Source: an uncultured Dehalococcoidia bacterium
Lineage (GTDB): Bacteria; Chloroflexota; Dehalococcoidia; DSTF01; RBG-16-68-14
Length of the DNA: 64,000 bases
Direction of reading: 5' to 3'
NCBI GenBank assembly: GCA_964406605.1
Contig: CAYOSF010000004.1
Span: 36,322 to 100,321 of the forward strand
Below are positions 46,860 to 55,221 of this stretch, piece after piece. The notes beneath the pieces are model-generated. The model was not told where the DNA came from. It did no database searches and worked only from the letters and a program-made list of their open reading frames with translations. The translations under genes were made by a program, and so were the position numbers. Within the stretch, counting starts at the first letter, position 1; every line of letters begins with the position of its first letter.

Positions 46860-46937
46860 TGGCTCCCCGAGCAGGACTCGAACCTGCAACCTAGCGGTTA
46901 ACAGCCGCCCGCTCTACCAATTGAGCTATCGGGGAGC
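46860..46937 (-). tRNA. tRNA-Asn: tRNA-Asn (GTT), CCA encoded
   Basis: Reverse complement GCTCCCCGATAGCTCAATTGGTAGAGCGGGCGGCTGTTAACCGCTAGGTTGCAGGTTCGAGTCCTGCTCGGGGAGCCA. 7-bp acceptor stem, D-, anticodon- (CTGTTAA loop) and T-arms fold canonically. Confidence 0.85.
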
Positions 46938-47153
46938 GACCCAAGCCTCGGACTGATCTCCTCAGTGCCGGCTGGAGGAAGTCCGAGCTTCCCGTAGCAT
47001 GTTAGCAGGTCTCGAGAGGGGAGCGATAGGAGCGGGGGGATGTGCCGGCAGGGCCGCGCTTCGGCGGCGAACGTGAAACGCCGGCCGCGCTTCCATGCGG
47101 CTCACCTGTGGCTCTACGTGTGAACGCTTGCCTGCCTGGGTTCCGCCTGTGTT

Positions 47154-47582
47154 CTAGGAAAGGCCGACCCCGACCTGCTGGACGAGGGTCATCATGTCGA
47201 AGTAGCGATGGCTCTCCTTGATCCTTCCGCCCTCGAAGGTGAGTAGCTGGACGGACCGCGTTACCTGATGCTTGCCGGAGGCGGGGATCGTACCGTCCGG
47301 ACCAACGAGCGGGCGGGTGTGGGTCCCCTCCCAGATGATCTCCACCGTGGCGGTGCTGTCGCCGGCGACGGCCTTGGTGATGGTTCCCTTGGCGTCCGGG
47401 AAGGCTTCCTTCCAGCCGCGAGCTGCCTCGACGATCCGATCGGCGCCCCGGACGTGCAGGTGTGACCCGATCTCGTCGTACGCACTATCGGGCGCCAGCG
47501 TGGCCTTGAAGCGCTTCATGTCCCCGTCGTTGAACGCCCCGATGTTCTCTCGAGCCACGTGAATCATCTCTTGCTCGGTCAT
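47154..47582 (-). CDS. Ester-cyclase / SnoaL-like polyketide-cyclase family protein (copy A)
   Basis: MTEQEMIHVARENIGAFNDGDMKRFKATLAPDSAYDE… ~80% identical to copy B. Confidence 0.7.
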   Translation of the reverse strand: MTEQEMIHVARENIGAFNDGDMKRFKATLAPDSAYDEIGSHLHVRGADRIVEAARGWKEAFPDAKGTITKAVAGDSTATVEIIWEGTHTRPLVGPDGTIPASGKHQVTRSVQLLTFEGGRIKESHRYFDMMTLVQQVGVGLS

Positions 47583-47686
47583 TTCCTAGTCCTTCCCCTG
47601 GGTCTCTCGAAGGGCGACCCCGCGTCCCTTCGGGCCTGAGATAGGAACGGGGGATACCATCTTCACAAACAAGGATATCACTACTG

Positions 47687-47701
47687 ATTGACGAAGTCAA
47701 T
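47687..47701. promoter_or_regulatory. Perfect inverted repeat ATTGAC-GAA-GTCAAT (candidate operator) in divergent intergenic region
   Basis: Read directly. Identical site at 48519-48533 in the duplicate. Overlaps a TTGACG -35-like hexamer. Confidence 0.45.
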
Positions 47702-47878
47702 CGCCGCGATAGATAACAGCCGGGCTCATCCGGTCATGCGGGACAGGAGTGCATGTAGGAATCGTATTGGAGTCTTGAAGCGGCCAGAGTCAGAGCGTAA
47801 CGTGCTGATACAGATACGTGTTTGCGTTCTTCCCGATAGCCCGCAGGGGGCCGAGCTTCTGTTAGGCCCGTAGACGGC

Positions 47879-47913
47879 GCAGGCAGCCATCGGACATGGC
47901 TGCCTGCTTTCTT
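47879..47913 (+). terminator. Intrinsic-terminator-like hairpin (12-bp perfect stem GCAGGCAGCCAT/ATGGCTGCCTGC, 5-nt loop) followed by TTTCTT
   Basis: Read directly. Lies in the duplicated leader region ahead of a truncated HIT-gene 5' fragment. Confidence 0.55.
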
Positions 47914-47990
47914 GGTGCCGCCTGCGCGCCCAGCTAGAGATGGGCGACGGTCGCGCTCGTGCAGTGGTGTGCGTTCTGCCGCATCGTCCC

Positions 47991-48419
47991 TCAGGAGGAG
48001 GCGGCCCCGATCTGCTGAAGGAGCGTCATCATGTCGAAGTAGTGGTGGCTCTCCTTGATCCTTTCGCCCTCGAACGTGAATACTTCTACCGCCCGAGTGG
48101 TCTGGCGCTTGCCGGAGGGAGGAATCGTGCCTCCCGGACCCATGAGCGGTCCGGTATGCGTCCCCTCCCAGATGAGCTCTACCGTGGCGGTGCTGTCGCC
48201 GGCAACCGCCTTGGTGATGGTTCCCCTGGCGTCCGGGAAGGCTTCCTTCCAACCCAGAACGGTCTCTGCGATCTGCTCTGCGCCTTGGATGCGCCGGTGG
48301 GTCCCGACCTCGTCGTAGACGCTGTCGGGCGCCAGCGTGGCCTTGAAGCGCTTCATGTCCCCATCGTTGAACGCCTCGACGTTCTCACGGGCCAAGTGGA
48401 TCATCTCTTGCTCGGTCAT
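47991..48419 (-). CDS. Ester-cyclase / SnoaL-like polyketide-cyclase family protein (copy B)
   Basis: MTEQEMIHLARENVEAFNDGDMKRFKATLAPDSVYDE…. Start at Met45 of ORF 47991..48551. Confidence 0.7.
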   Translation of the reverse strand: MTEQEMIHLARENVEAFNDGDMKRFKATLAPDSVYDEVGTHRRIQGAEQIAETVLGWKEAFPDARGTITKAVAGDSTATVELIWEGTHTGPLMGPGGTIPPSGKRQTTRAVEVFTFEGERIKESHHYFDMMTLLQQIGAASS

Positions 48420-48518
48420 TTCCTGCTCCTTCCTTTCGATCTCCCCCCGAGTGTCTTGGCGGCCCTCCGAACGGGATGGAGGGTATACCATGCTTACAAG
48501 CAAGCGTAGCATGGTTTG

Positions 48519-48533
48519 ATTGACGAAGTCAAT
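48519..48533. promoter_or_regulatory. Second copy of ATTGAC-GAA-GTCAAT palindrome
   Basis: Identical 15-mer, same relative position between the cyclase (copy B) and HIT genes. Confidence 0.45.
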
Positions 48534-48709
48534 CGCTTTCATAGGAAACACCTAGGATTCCATGGTTATGTAGGGCAGAAGTGTCCTTCGGAGATGTATG
48601 GAGGTCTTGACTCGGCCGGAGTCCGAGCGTAAAGTGCTGATACAGATAGACGTTTGCCTATTTCCGATAGCCCGCAGGGGGCCGAGTGTCTCCAGGGCCC
48701 GTAGCCGGC

Positions 48710-48738
48710 GCAGGCAGCCACATCCGATGGCTGCCTGC
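48710..48738 (+). promoter_or_regulatory. Leader hairpin (GCAGGCAGCCA / TGGCTGCCTGC stem) 50 nt upstream of the HIT start; attenuator-like, weak U-tract
   Basis: Homologous to the 47879-47907 hairpin. Followed by GCGTTTG rather than a clean U-run. Confidence 0.4.
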
Positions 48739-48788
48739 GCGTTTGACGCCGCCTGCGCGCCCACCTAGAATGGGCGACGGTCACTGTC

Positions 48789-49109
48789 GTGCAGTGGTGT
48801 ACGTTCTGCCGCATCGTCGCTCACCAGGAGCCCGCCGAGATCCTCTTCGAGGATGAAGAGATCATGGTGTTCCGCAACCGGCTGAACTGGGTGCCGGTGA
48901 TGCTGCTGGTGGTGCCGAAAGAGCACATCTCGCAGGAGGACTTGTGGCGGCGGATGGGTCGGGTGGCGGAGGTGGCGGTGGAGATGGGCGCGACCCACTG
49001 TCCCAACGGCTTCCGGCTGATCTCGAACTTCGGCCACGACGGAATGCAGAGCATCCAGCACGGGCACGTGCACGTCCTTGGCGGCGGGTTCCTGGGCGAA
49101 TACGCCTGA
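48789..49109 (+). CDS. HIT-family (histidine triad) hydrolase
   Basis: MQWCTFCRIV… and HGHVHVLGG histidine-triad motif. Confidence 0.75.
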   Translation: MQWCTFCRIVAHQEPAEILFEDEEIMVFRNRLNWVPVMLLVVPKEHISQEDLWRRMGRVAEVAVEMGATHCPNGFRLISNFGHDGMQSIQHGHVHVLGGGFLGEYA

Positions 49110-49219
49110 TCGACCGAGGGTTCCGACGTACTGGAGGCGCGCGGGCGCGGCTTCGACCAGGGTGCGGCGTCGCCGCGCTCAGAACGAGGCGGGGGAGATT
49201 GGGGTGGTGCGCCGGGAGC

Positions 49220-49957
49220 CTAAGGAGCCGCGCCGGGCGGCTGGGCGAGCGCCTCCTGCTGGACCTCCAGCAGCTCGCGAATGCCGGCCTCCGCGAGGAG
49301 GAGGAGGGCGTCCATCTCCTCGCGCGGGAAGGGCTGGTCTTCGGCGGTGCCCTGCACTTCGACGAAGCGGCCGTCGCCGGTCATCACCACATTGAAGTCG
49401 ACCCCGGCTCGGGCGTCCTCCTCGTAGCAGAGATCGAGCAGGGGCACGCCCTCGACGATGCCGGCGCTGGTGGCGGCGACGGCGGTCGACATCGGCACGG
49501 AGGTAAGGACTTCCTTCTCCACCAGCTTCTCGAGCGCCTGGTGCAGCGCGACGTAGGCGCCGGTGATGGACGCGGTGCGGGTGCCGCCGTCGGCCTTGAT
49601 GACGTCGCAGTCGATGGTGAAGGTGCGCTCGCCGAGGATGTCAAGGTTGGTGACGGCGCGGAGGGCTCGGCCGATGAGGCGCTGGATCTCCTGGGAGCGT
49701 CCGGACGGACGGCCGGCGGCCGCCTCGCGGCCGGTGCGCTCCTTCGTTGAGCGAGGGAGCATGCCGTACTCGGCGGTGACCCAGCCGGAGCCGGTGCCAC
49801 GGAGGAACTGGGGCAGGCGGGCCTCGACGGTGGCGGCGCAGAGCACCTGGGTGCCGCCCAGATCGATCAGGGCGGAGCCTTCGGCCCACGGGAGGTAGCC
49901 GGTGGTGATGCGGACCGGGCGGAGCTGGTCAGGCCTGCGGCCGTCCACACGTTCCAT
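49220..49957 (-). CDS. rph: Ribonuclease PH
   Basis: [15 protein letters not shown]…GSALI…GTQVLC…[18 protein letters not shown], full-length RNase PH. Confidence 0.9.
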   Translation of the reverse strand: MERVDGRRPDQLRPVRITTGYLPWAEGSALIDLGGTQVLCAATVEARLPQFLRGTGSGWVTAEYGMLPRSTKERTGREAAAGRPSGRSQEIQRLIGRALRAVTNLDILGERTFTIDCDVIKADGGTRTASITGAYVALHQALEKLVEKEVLTSVPMSTAVAATSAGIVEGVPLLDLCYEEDARAGVDFNVVMTGDGRFVEVQGTAEDQPFPREEMDALLLLAEAGIRELLEVQQEALAQPPGAAP

Positions 49958-50041
49958 GATGGGGGGAGTATAGCACGGACGGGGGGCGTCGCAGTCGCGG
50001 GAGGCGGCGGGGGCACATGGGAAGCCGCTGGCTCCTTGTCG

Positions 50042-50605
50042 CTACTCGGCCGTGGGGGGTGGGGCCTCCTCTCCCTCCGTGCAGGTGATCTCGCCGTCCT
50101 GGATCGCCGCGACGACGGGCTGAGGGTCGCCGATGGTGGCGTCCGCGAAGACGTCGATGGCGATGGCGAGGGGGCTCGAGCCGGCGGCGGCGCAGGTGAA
50201 CTCCACCGTCGCTAGGACGGTATCGCCCTCGTTGCCGTAGGCGGTGGCGCCGGCGACCCGGACCGTGGTGTCATCGTACGCGGGGTTGCAGACGCTGCCG
50301 GCGAACGGTGGACAGTCCACGATGGTGATCACAGCGGGGTCGTAGGTGATGTCGGCGGTCCAGGCGCCCAGCCCGGGCGCGGGAAAGCCGGTCACCTCCA
50401 GGTCCACCGAGCCGTCCTCGCCGACGGCCAGCGAAGCCGAGCCGACGGACAGTACCGGGGCGTCCGGGCCGGGAGTCGCGGCGGCGGCCTCGCCATCGGG
50501 GCTCGCCGTGCCGCCCGAGTCGGATTCTTCCTCGCCTCCGTTTCCGCAGGCCACCGCCAGCGCGAGCGCAAGCGACAGCAACAGGACCGTGAACAATCGC
50601 ATCAT
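50042..50605 (-). CDS. Lipoprotein with cohesin-like domain
   Basis: Lipobox LALAVAC. VLSVGSASLAVGEDGSVDLEV…YDPAVITIVD…GDTVLATVEFTCAAAGSSPLAIAIDVFADATIG follows the cohesin beta-sandwich sequence pattern. Starts at tandem ATGs (50605/50602), with a GAGGGAGA RBS. Confidence 0.55.
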   Translation of the reverse strand: MMRLFTVLLLSLALALAVACGNGGEEESDSGGTASPDGEAAAATPGPDAPVLSVGSASLAVGEDGSVDLEVTGFPAPGLGAWTADITYDPAVITIVDCPPFAGSVCNPAYDDTTVRVAGATAYGNEGDTVLATVEFTCAAAGSSPLAIAIDVFADATIGDPQPVVAAIQDGEITCTEGEEAPPPTAE

Positions 50606-50698
50606 TGCGTCTTCTCCCTCAGTGCGGCGCTCAGCGGCCGCGGGCCGGCGGAGGGCCTCCCCGGCCTCCGAAGTCCATGCTGGGGCGAGTATAGCACC

Positions 50699-51724
50699 AT
50701 GAGACATGATAGGGGGTTGACAGAGGCGAACGAACATTCTACTATGGCGCTTGATGACTGTCTTTGCCTTGGCATGGCCAAGTCGACGGCCTGTGTAGTA
50801 GTCCCCATGCAGAAAGGACGTTCTTTGCCATCCACCATTCGAATTGTGGGGCCTGACGGGCATGGCGTACCTGGTGGAGGGGGAGCTACGCATCATGACC
50901 TGCGCTTGGGTGACGCGCGCCAGCTTAGCTGGGTCCCAGATGGGTCGGTCCATTTGGTCTTGACCTCACCTCCCTACTGGACCCTGAAGAAGTACAACGA
51001 CCATCCCGATCAGCTAGGCAATGTGACTGACTACGAGACTTTTCTCAACGAGCTTGACAAGGTATGGACGCACTGCTATCGGGCCTTGGTGCCGGGCGGC
51101 CGACTGGTCTGCGTTGTTGGCGATGTGTGCTTGGCCAGACGAAGGAACGCCGGACGCCACATGGTGGTTCCGCTGCACGCAGACATATCAACACGATGCC
51201 GGCGGATAGGGTTCGACTACCTCACGCCGATCCTCTGGCACAAGATTGCCAATGCAAGCTATGAAGTGGAGAACGGTTCATCCTTCTTAGGCAAGCCCTA
51301 CGAGCCGAATGCGATAATCAAGAATGACATAGAGTACGTCCTAATGCTGCGAAAACCTGGAGGGTACCGGAAGCCTACGGAAGAACAGCGAGGTCGTTCG
51401 AAGCTGTCCAAGGACGAGCACCGGCGATGGTTCAGGCCAATCTGGGCTGACCTTCCGGGTGCTTCAACGCGGGATCACCCAGCTCCGTTCCCACTTGAAC
51501 TGGCCTATCGGGCCATTAGGATGTTCTCTTTTGTCGGCGACACAGTGCTCGATCCCTTTGTCGGCACTGGCACCACGGTAGTGGCGGCCATACGCGCGGA
51601 GCGGAACTCCGTGGCGAGTGAGGTTGACCCCCAATACCTTCAAATGGCTGAGCGTGCCGCCAGGAAGGAGACTTCCCAGCAGCGCCTCTTCGGTCTTTCG
51701 GCAGTCATCGATCCGGATCTGTGA
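50699..51724 (+). CDS. DNA methyltransferase, beta-class (motif IV before motif I), probably N4-cytosine-specific
   Basis: LVLTSPPYW (SPPY motif IV) N-terminal and DPFVGTGTT (FxGxG motif I) C-terminal. Markedly lower GC than surroundings. Alternative start ATG at 50762. Confidence 0.7.
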   Translation: MRHDRGLTEANEHSTMALDDCLCLGMAKSTACVVVPMQKGRSLPSTIRIVGPDGHGVPGGGGATHHDLRLGDARQLSWVPDGSVHLVLTSPPYWTLKKYNDHPDQLGNVTDYETFLNELDKVWTHCYRALVPGGRLVCVVGDVCLARRRNAGRHMVVPLHADISTRCRRIGFDYLTPILWHKIANASYEVENGSSFLGKPYEPNAIIKNDIEYVLMLRKPGGYRKPTEEQRGRSKLSKDEHRRWFRPIWADLPGASTRDHPAPFPLELAYRAIRMFSFVGDTVLDPFVGTGTTVVAAIRAERNSVASEVDPQYLQMAERAARKETSQQRLFGLSAVIDPDL

Positions 51725-52652
51725 TTGCCGAAAAGCGAGACACGTAGAACTGGACCACGCGCCGCAAGAAAGTCTCATAGTGGTCCCGATCACCTGGCTG
51801 TGGAGCGGGTGGCGCCGTCCACAGCGTCACCCCACCCTGATTGTCGCAATCTACGACAAGAGAGGCGTACGCGTCGAAACCCACCGTACCAACGGCGTCG
51901 CGAAGCGGAAGGCCTCGAAGATGCTGGATCATGCCCGCTGCGGCATCGGGCTGTCTATGGGGCGTGACAGTCAACGAGTGGCGATCACGCTGGCGCAGAG
52001 GTGAGACGAACGTCTCCGCAATGTTGACTACGGTGATGCCAGCGGCAATTGCGTTGGGATTGCCTTGGTGCACAATCTGATGGGATGAACTCAGTTCGTC
52101 ATAGACGCGCGGTTTCGATTTCGCGTGCTCTGTCATGACGGACTTGGCCTCGCAGGACACGAAGACCTCAGCCGGTGCACTCTTGGCTATCGCTCCGCCG
52201 GGAGCTGGATGTGCTTTCGTATGGCCACCAGATTCCCGGGCGGCCGGCGAATCGTCACTCCGCGCCGAGACCGGGGGTTCGGCAGGTGGCCCAAGGACCA
52301 AGTCCAGCGTCTTGGTCTTGCTCGTGGACGGCGACGTGAACTTCTCATTGATGCCGTACACTACCAGTCCTTGTGCTGCCTGATTCCTGAGAAGCGGACA
52401 CGCGTCGATGAGGTCTTCCAGTATGTAGGTGCAGAGGGCAATCGAGTGAGCGTCGCTTCGTGGGTGGTACCGGTAGACATGGCCGAGGCCGTTGGTGTGG
52501 GAGTGGTGGCTCATCCAATCCGCGAACTTCTCGGGAGCTGGCATCAGCTTAGGATAGGACTGGTGCGATGGAGGAGGCAAGGCGCTGCCCTGTGCTGTCA
52601 CTGGGGTGGACATTCCCCCGAACCGCATGGAGTGGGTATAGCCTTGCATCAC
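51705..52652 (-). CDS. Putative type II restriction endonuclease (convergent partner of the MTase)
   Basis: Convergent with 20-bp 3' overlap to the MTase gene. Low GC. Possible PD-(D/E)xK-like block (…DLVLG…EVFVSCEAK). No confident family match by eye. Confidence 0.35.
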   Translation of the reverse strand: MMQGYTHSMRFGGMSTPVTAQGSALPPPSHQSYPKLMPAPEKFADWMSHHSHTNGLGHVYRYHPRSDAHSIALCTYILEDLIDACPLLRNQAAQGLVVYGINEKFTSPSTSKTKTLDLVLGPPAEPPVSARSDDSPAARESGGHTKAHPAPGGAIAKSAPAEVFVSCEAKSVMTEHAKSKPRVYDELSSSHQIVHQGNPNAIAAGITVVNIAETFVSPLRQRDRHSLTVTPHRQPDAAAGMIQHLRGLPLRDAVGTVGFDAYASLVVDCDNQGGVTLWTAPPAPQPGDRDHYETFLRRVVQFYVSRFSAITDPDR

Positions 52653-52744
52653 CTAGGGGATTCCCCGATTCCGCGCCTGTCATTCGGGCCGCATAATGGC
52701 GGGGTCGGACGCGGCCTCGGCCGCGTGCCGTGCGAATCAGGCAC

Positions 52745-53032
52745 ATGAAACAGTTCCTGGCAGTCATGCGATACGCGCTCGATCACCGGCCCGCGCTGCT
52801 GGTGACGATGCTGTTGCCGGTGCTGGTTACGATGCTGGTCGCGGTGGCCGCGCCCACGGTGCCCACGATGGTGGCGGCGTTCATCGCCGTGCCAGCGGCG
52901 ATGGCGGCCTGGGGCGGCGGCATGCTGGCCGGCAAGCTCCACGAGCAGGAGTCGACGCCGTTGACGAGCGGTATGAGCGAGGAACCGCCGGCGGCGGACG
53001 AACCGGCCGAGCGGCGGAAGCGGGCCGCCTAG
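52745..53032 (+). CDS. Small hypothetical membrane protein
   Basis: Two hydrophobic helices (LLVTMLLPVLVTMLVAVAA / MVAAFIAVPAAMAAWGGGML). Weak support. Confidence 0.3.
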   Translation: MKQFLAVMRYALDHRPALLVTMLLPVLVTMLVAVAAPTVPTMVAAFIAVPAAMAAWGGGMLAGKLHEQESTPLTSGMSEEPPAADEPAERRKRAA

Positions 53033-54036
53033 CTCTCGGATCGGCCGCCGGCCGCAGCCTCCGATTCCTCCAGAGCGATTTCCCTGCGGATCTCGTCCGG
53101 GTCCACGGTCCCGGGCGGCTTTTCTTCGTGCACGAGGCGGCTCGCGATCCGCTGCAGTGCGCTGTTCGCCGGTGTGGGCACGCCGTGGAGGCGGCCGAGG
53201 AGAGCGATCTCGCCGTTGAGGAAGTCGACCTCGATGGAGCCGGCGCCGCGGGCGAGGCTTTGCCAGGAAGAGCCGCCGAGCCGCCGGCGGTTGCCGGCTC
53301 TATCCATGCGGAGCACGTTCCCGCGCCGCTCGCGCACCTCCTCCGCCGAGGCACAGTCGATGCCGGCGGCGCGATAGCAGGCGAGCGCCTCGTCGCGGAG
53401 ACGGCGCACGATGTCGCCGATGTCGGCGCCGAGGCCGCAGGCCGCCTGAAGCGCGTTGCCGACGTTCATGAGCAGCTTGGCGTACTTCCAGCGCATGATG
53501 TTCTCGTAGACGTGTGAATCGAAGGTGGAGGCGTTCAGGTCGCCGGCGACGCGCGCGGCAAGCCGGTCGGCGCCATGCGGGAAGCATCCGATGTCGAGCA
53601 TACCGGTGGTGGGCCAGGAGTTGGCCCGGACGACGCCGGGCTCCAGGTGGGTGGCGGGCAGCATGACGACGACGCCGTAGACGGACCGGAAGCGCCGGAG
53701 CGCGAGGCGCTCGTTCGCTACGCCGTTCTGGGCGCAGAAGACGGGAACCGCATCGCCCGCAGCGGCCCGGAGGTCGACGAGCGCTCGTTCGGTGTCCTGC
53801 CCCTTCATCGTGAGGAACACGACATCGTCGTCCCGGAAGTCGATCTCGGAAGGGTGGGCGACGACTGGTACTGGAAGGGCGACGGTCTCTTCCGGGGACT
53901 CGAGCGTTAGGCCCCGCTCTCGAATCGCGGCGAAATGTTCGCCCCGGGCGATGAGGACGGTATCGCGCTCGTGCTGGAAGAGCCGGCCACCGATGACGCC
54001 TCCGACGGCCCCGGCCCCGTAGATGACGTAGCGCAT
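53029..54036 (-). CDS. 2-dehydropantoate 2-reductase (ketopantoate reductase, ApbA/PanE family)
   Basis: MRYVIYGAGAVGGVIGGRL Rossmann N-terminus …K…N…E family blocks. Confidence 0.7.
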   Translation of the reverse strand: MRYVIYGAGAVGGVIGGRLFQHERDTVLIARGEHFAAIRERGLTLESPEETVALPVPVVAHPSEIDFRDDDVVFLTMKGQDTERALVDLRAAAGDAVPVFCAQNGVANERLALRRFRSVYGVVVMLPATHLEPGVVRANSWPTTGMLDIGCFPHGADRLAARVAGDLNASTFDSHVYENIMRWKYAKLLMNVGNALQAACGLGADIGDIVRRLRDEALACYRAAGIDCASAEEVRERRGNVLRMDRAGNRRRLGGSSWQSLARGAGSIEVDFLNGEIALLGRLHGVPTPANSALQRIASRLVHEEKPPGTVDPDEIRREIALEESEAAAGGRSES

Positions 54037-54199
54037 GGTGCTCAGTCCCGGTCCTCCCGCCGCGCGGCGAACACCCTGCGGGACCTATCACCCCGCGCGG
54101 AGTCGCACTTGCACGGCCGACGGTGGTCGGCGTCGCTCATGGACGTACCATAGCATGAGCGAGGTGCCGGGGCGACGTGGGCCTGGTCGGCCGGGGCAC

Positions 54200-55182
54200 C
54201 TACTGGTTCGTGTACGTGTCCGTGGCGCCGCCTCCCGAAACGGTGAACTCGCCGCCGAGGTCCGGCTCCGCTTCGATCACGACGGTGCCGTTCACAACGT
54301 GGTCCTGTCCCGGAACCGGGGTGGCATCCTTGCTGGATCCGAGGTTCGTCCAGTAGGTGGTCACTCCGTGGTCGTGCAGACGCACCAGGGCGTCGGCCGT
54401 TGGGTGATCGTAGGTATTTGTGCCGGTGGAGATGATCGCGACCTTCGGCGTGATGCCGTCGAGCCAGCTAACGCTCGAGGAGTACTTGGAGCCGTGGTGG
54501 TTGACCTTGTAGACCTCGACGTCACCGACGTGGGGCGCGACCGTCCCCTCCACGAGCGGGTACGGCTCCACGCCTGTCAGGTCACCGGCGAGGACCTCAT
54601 CGAACGAGCCGTACGTGAGCTTGAGCACCAGGCTGAGGGCGTTCTCATCATCCGTCTGGATGCCCGCGCCGTCCAGGTCGATCACGGTGATCGTCACGGG
54701 GTTGGCCGAGCCTGCATCCAGAGTGATCACCTGGCCCTTGGCCACGGTCTGCCGCTTCGTCCCGCACGTGTCCACGTAGGAATCGAAGGTCTTGCTCGCA
54801 TAGGTTCCGCCCCGGTCGTAGCAGGCCACAGCCACCGTGATCCCTTCCGCGGCCATGTCGTCGAGGCAGCCGATGTGGTCGTCGTGGTAGTGGCTGGCGA
54901 AATGGTAATCAATCGAGGTTATGCCGAGGGCATCGAGGTAGGAGATGACCTGGGCACACCTCTGCCGCTGGCCGTCGTCTACCATGGCCAGCTCGCCGCC
55001 GGGCGACACGATCAGGATCGCGTCCCCCTGCCCCGTATCGATGTGGTGGATCTGGAGGGCCGGTGGGGGCGGCGTGTCGGACGGCGACACGGTCGCCTCC
55101 GGAGGTCCATTCTCCTCTCCGCCGCCGCAGGCTGTCGCCAGCAGCACGGAGAGCAGGATTAGCAGCGCTATCGATCGTCTCA
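54200..55182 (-). CDS. Lipoprotein, MBL-fold hydrolase of the ComEC C-terminal type (standalone)
   Basis: GTG start with GAGGAGG RBS. Lipobox LLATAC. HHIDTGQGDAILIV…HYHDDHIG…VNHHGS. Confidence 0.65.
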
Positions 55183-55221
55183 CTTGTATCCTCCTCAATC
55201 CGGCATGTCCCCGCGTTGTTC

